A DNA stretch of 21,607 nucleotides from NCBI GenBank assembly GCA_046759445.1, contig JBHICG010000062.1:1-21607 (forward strand), read 5' to 3'. A program made the position numbers and the translations under genes. Under the pieces are notes generated by a model. The model saw nothing but the letters and a program-made list of their open reading frames with translations. It made no database searches and was not told the DNA's origin. Numbering within the stretch: position 1 is the stretch's first letter; each line of letters opens with the position of its first letter. Shown here one piece after another: positions 18,697-21,607 of the stretch. The stretch is from Candidatus Scalinduaceae bacterium (lineage in GTDB: Bacteria; Planctomycetota; Brocadiia; Brocadiales; Scalinduaceae).

Positions 18697-19446
18697 ATGC
18701 CCGCCAATCAGGGGAAAAAAGATAATACGTCAGATGTTACCCAAGAAGAAGAACAGTTACATCGAAGGGAGTTCTTGAAGAAGAGTGGAACTGCTGTGGC
18801 TTCTGCCGCCGTACTGGCAGGCTCTTTGTCTGCATGTAATTCCCATACCAAAAAAAAGTCCAAAACAAAAAAACGTCTGGCGATGGTAATTGATTTAAGA
18901 AAATGTTATGGGTGCCATTCATGCTCAATTGCCTGTAAATCAGAATTTAACGTTCCACTGGGAGTATGGAGATCCTGGGTCAAAACAATAGATAAAGGTA
19001 AATATCCAAAAGTTAGAAGATCTTTCCTCCCCCGTTTATGCAATCACTGTGAAAATCCTCCTTGTGTAAGCGTATGTCCAACTCAAGCTTCACATAGGGA
19101 CGAAGAAAAAGGGCTTGTCGATATACGTGAAAAAAGGTGTATTGGATGCAAGATGTGTATTGTAGCCTGTCCCTACGATGCCAGATTTACACATCCTATA
19201 AAGAAAGTCGCCAACAAATGTGATTTTTGCATTCATAGAGTGGAGAAAGGAGTAGTGCCTTCTTGTGTAAATACTTGTCCGTCAAATGCTCGAATATTCG
19301 GCGACCTTAATGATCCAGATAGTAAGGTAAAAAAACTAGTGGATGCTAATAATGTGCAGGTATTAAAACCTGAACTTGGAACTGAACCGAGTGTGTTTTA
19401 TATTGAATTGGATAAAGATACGGTTGGAGGAGTTGTTAAAACATAA
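18697..19446 (+). CDS. 4x[4Fe-4S] electron-transfer subunit (TtrB/PsrB/NrfC family) with Tat signal and lipobox
   Basis: 'HRREFLK' and 'LSAC'. Cluster motifs CYGCHSC..C, CNHCENPPCVSVCP, CIGCKMCIVACP, CDFC...CVNTCP. Confidence 0.92.
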   Translation: MPANQGKKDNTSDVTQEEEQLHRREFLKKSGTAVASAAVLAGSLSACNSHTKKKSKTKKRLAMVIDLRKCYGCHSCSIACKSEFNVPLGVWRSWVKTIDKGKYPKVRRSFLPRLCNHCENPPCVSVCPTQASHRDEEKGLVDIREKRCIGCKMCIVACPYDARFTHPIKKVANKCDFCIHRVEKGVVPSCVNTCPSNARIFGDLNDPDSKVKKLVDANNVQVLKPELGTEPSVFYIELDKDTVGGVVKT

Positions 19447-19467
19447 TATGACCTCTTAAAATGATCC

Positions 19468-19843
19468 CTGAATTCAAGTAATAAGTGCAACTCTAAAGAG
19501 CTTGAGAAGCGAACGTGAAAATTCGCTGTGAAGGTAATTCGTTTGTCAGTAAATTTACCCAATACACCTGAAGGTAGAGTCGTAAGGAATCAGATAACGA
19601 AATCAGGAACTTCTATTGGCGCAAATTATCGAGAAGCCAATCGGGCCAGAAGTAAGCCAGATTCCGGCAATTTTTAGAATTGCACATAATAAGATTAAAA
19701 TTTGTGAGAGTGAAGCAAGTGAAACACAATATTGGATAGAAGTAATTGTAGAGGTAGAATGGTTATCATGGAAAAAAGTAAAATCAGAATACGAAGAGTG
19801 TAGTGAATTACTTGCTATTTTTACTTCTATTAAGAAAAAGTGA
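19468..19843 (+). pseudogene. Four-helix-bundle protein (23S rRNA IVP / TIGR02436-like) pseudogene
   Basis: Frame 1 reads 'SKELEKRT*KFAVKVIRLSVNLPNTPEGRVVRNQITKSGTSIGANYREANRARSKPD'. After a frameshift it reads 'HNKIKICESEASETQYWIEVI...ELLAIFTSI'. TGA at 19516, net +19 nt near 19663, no clear start. Confidence 0.88.
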
Positions 19844-19988
19844 ACAGGAGAAAAACTATATTTCATTATTTTTAGGCACTTTAGCTCACTTATAACTTTA
19901 AACTTCTCTTAGGTTTGCAGATTATCTTAATGGTTGCGACAAAAATTTGAAAACCCTTTACATATAAGCAAAACGGGGAAAGCCAGTT

Positions 19989-20876
19989 ATGATAGACACT
20001 TACTATAATGTTTTTCATAAGGTACCATGGGGCTTCTGGATACCGCTGTACTTTTATTTTACCGGTTTAAGTGCGGGTTCATTTGTACTCTCTTCTCTTT
20101 CCACAGTTTTCGGGTTGAAACAATTCAAGTCGCTTGCCTTTGCCGCTGGTATATCGGCAGTAGCCCTTCTTTTACTGGCTCCATCGTTTTTAATTTTGGA
20201 TCTTGGCCAACCATTAAGATTTTGGAAAGTGCTTGTCCCCTGGTATTTCAACCCCTATTCAGTATTGTCATGGGGAAGTTGGGTACTGACAATTTACCCT
20301 ATAATATTGTCGATATACTGCTGGTATATGTTCAAAGAAAAGGAAAAGATGATAAAGATTTTCGGGATATCAACATTGCCATTAGCTATTGCCGTACATG
20401 GATATACTGGCTTCGTTTTCGGTTTGATACAAGCAAGGGTTTACTGGTATAGCGCTATCATGCCCGGGTATTTCCTGACATCAGCAATACTTTCAGGAAT
20501 AGGACTCCTTATCATTATAATTCTAATTAAAGATAAACTGGGCGGAGGATCTGCCATAAGCGAATTATTTTCACCGTTAAGGAAAATGATGATAGCAATT
20601 ATCATACTCGATCTATTCTGGGTCTTTTGCTGGAAGTTAACACTTCTATCCGGTACAGAAGAGGCCCGTGCCTCTGCACTTATTGCCCTGAAGGACCCAC
20701 TCTATATCTTTGGAGAACTTTTAGTGGGAATGTTTGTTCCTCTCTTCTTGTTAACCTATCCAAAGACACGAAATAGTGTAGGATGGTTAGTTGTTTCATC
20801 AGTGCTGGTTCTTATCGGTGTTTTCTTAATGAGATACACCTTTGTGTTTACGGGTTTTGAGATACCCTTAAGCTAA
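19989..20876 (+). CDS. NrfD/PsrC/TtrC-family membrane anchor (quinol-interacting subunit)
   Basis: 'WGFWIPLYFYFTGLSAG', 'LDLGQPLRF', 'SVLSWG', 'YTG', about 8 hydrophobic segments. Confidence 0.92.
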   Translation: MIDTYYNVFHKVPWGFWIPLYFYFTGLSAGSFVLSSLSTVFGLKQFKSLAFAAGISAVALLLLAPSFLILDLGQPLRFWKVLVPWYFNPYSVLSWGSWVLTIYPIILSIYCWYMFKEKEKMIKIFGISTLPLAIAVHGYTGFVFGLIQARVYWYSAIMPGYFLTSAILSGIGLLIIIILIKDKLGGGSAISELFSPLRKMMIAIIILDLFWVFCWKLTLLSGTEEARASALIALKDPLYIFGELLVGMFVPLFLLTYPKTRNSVGWLVVSSVLVLIGVFLMRYTFVFTGFEIPLS

Positions 20877-20897
20877 TATTCAAGGAATGAAAAGTAA

Positions 20898-21607
20898 ATG
20901 CTTAAATTAACTAAGAGAAATTTTATTAAATTAGCCGCTTCATGCGGATCTGTACTTGCCGGTATGGGTGAATTCTCCAAGGTGCATGCATTAACGGGTA
21001 CTTTAAAATTGGGAGAAGGTGGTAGAGATTTTTCTCCAGATACTAAGAAAGAACGACTATCTATTCCTTCTGCCTGCTGGCAATGTGTGGCAAGAGATAC
21101 AATTCTTAGCTATGTAGAGGAAGGCAGACTGGTAAAGATAGAAGGAAACCCGGCTTCAATACGTAATCGTGGAAAAATATGTGCCAAGGGACAAGCCGGC
21201 ATTAACCAGGTTTACGATCCTGACAGGGTCCTATATCCAATGTTGAGAGTGGGTAAACGTGGTGCAGGAAAATGGAAGAGAATCTCCTGGGATGAGGCGT
21301 TAGCTCTTTTAGTAAACGGAGGAGATATAGCCGGACATAATGTGAAAGGGCTTAAAAACTTACTTGAAGAAGATAACCCGGAAAAATTTATGTTCCATTA
21401 CGGAAGGATGAAGGGTTCTGACAGTAAAATAATCAAAGGCAATTTTCTGGCTGCATTTGGAACAAAGACTATAGGAAATCACACAAATATATGTGAAGGC
21501 GGTAAATGGGTAGCTCAGGAACTTATCTGGGGCAAGCATTATGATGTAAATGATGTAGAACATACAAACATGATTCTTAATTTTGGTTGTAATTTTTTTG
21601 AAACTCA
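20898..21607 (+). CDS. Molybdopterin (bis-PGD) oxidoreductase catalytic subunit, Psr/Ttr/Srd/Arr-like; partial, runs off the window
   Basis: Not in the ORF track, translated by hand: MLKLTKRNFIK...KVHA, 'SACWQCVARD...KIEGNP...GKICAKGQAG...YDPDRVLYPM...KWKRISWDEAL...HYGR...GNHTNICE...NFGCN'. Confidence 0.93.
   Translation, partial: MLKLTKRNFIKLAASCGSVLAGMGEFSKVHALTGTLKLGEGGRDFSPDTKKERLSIPSACWQCVARDTILSYVEEGRLVKIEGNPASIRNRGKICAKGQAGINQVYDPDRVLYPMLRVGKRGAGKWKRISWDEALALLVNGGDIAGHNVKGLKNLLEEDNPEKFMFHYGRMKGSDSKIIKGNFLAAFGTKTIGNHTNICEGGKWVAQELIWGKHYDVNDVEHTNMILNFGCNFFET

Noticed and set aside
19516..19518. Selenocysteine or readthrough at the in-frame TGA
   Set aside because: The position is not a Cys site in this family, and the gene also has a frameshift, so pseudogenisation is simpler.
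19616..19843. 75-aa ORF as an independent gene
   Set aside because: It is the frameshifted 3' half of the four-helix-bundle pseudogene.
20898..21607. Naming the gene arrA, ttrA or psrA
   Set aside because: Only 236 codons are visible and the diagnostic motifs do not match any one characterised family.

Overview
AT-rich bacterial window, probably from a diderm (it has an OprO/P-type porin; gene content is reminiscent of anaerobic Planctomycetota/anammox genomes, but I cannot confirm taxonomy). It has four blocks: (1) the distal part of an A/V-type ATPase operon (E-C-F-A-B-D) and a convergent TraR/DksA gene; (2) a phosphate locus (phoBR, six 11-bp-phased Pho boxes, pstSCAB-phoU, porin, arsC); (3) a DUF262/HNH (GmrSD-like) nuclease gene between phoR and pstS that has the hallmarks of a solitary integron cassette (GTTAGGT core site, ACCTAAC inverse core over the stop codon, 133-bp attC, no integrase in the window); (4) a ttrBCA/srdBCA-like molybdoenzyme operon, truncated at the window end, with an atypical CxxCxxxD cluster motif and a four-helix-bundle pseudogene inside it. 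Many spacers hold nested palindromic repeats. These include a recurrent ~20-nt hairpin placed after TTC, one copy of which frameshifts a gene, and a 24-bp tandem repeat with compensatory stem changes. All coordinates and alignments were read by eye and no searches were run.
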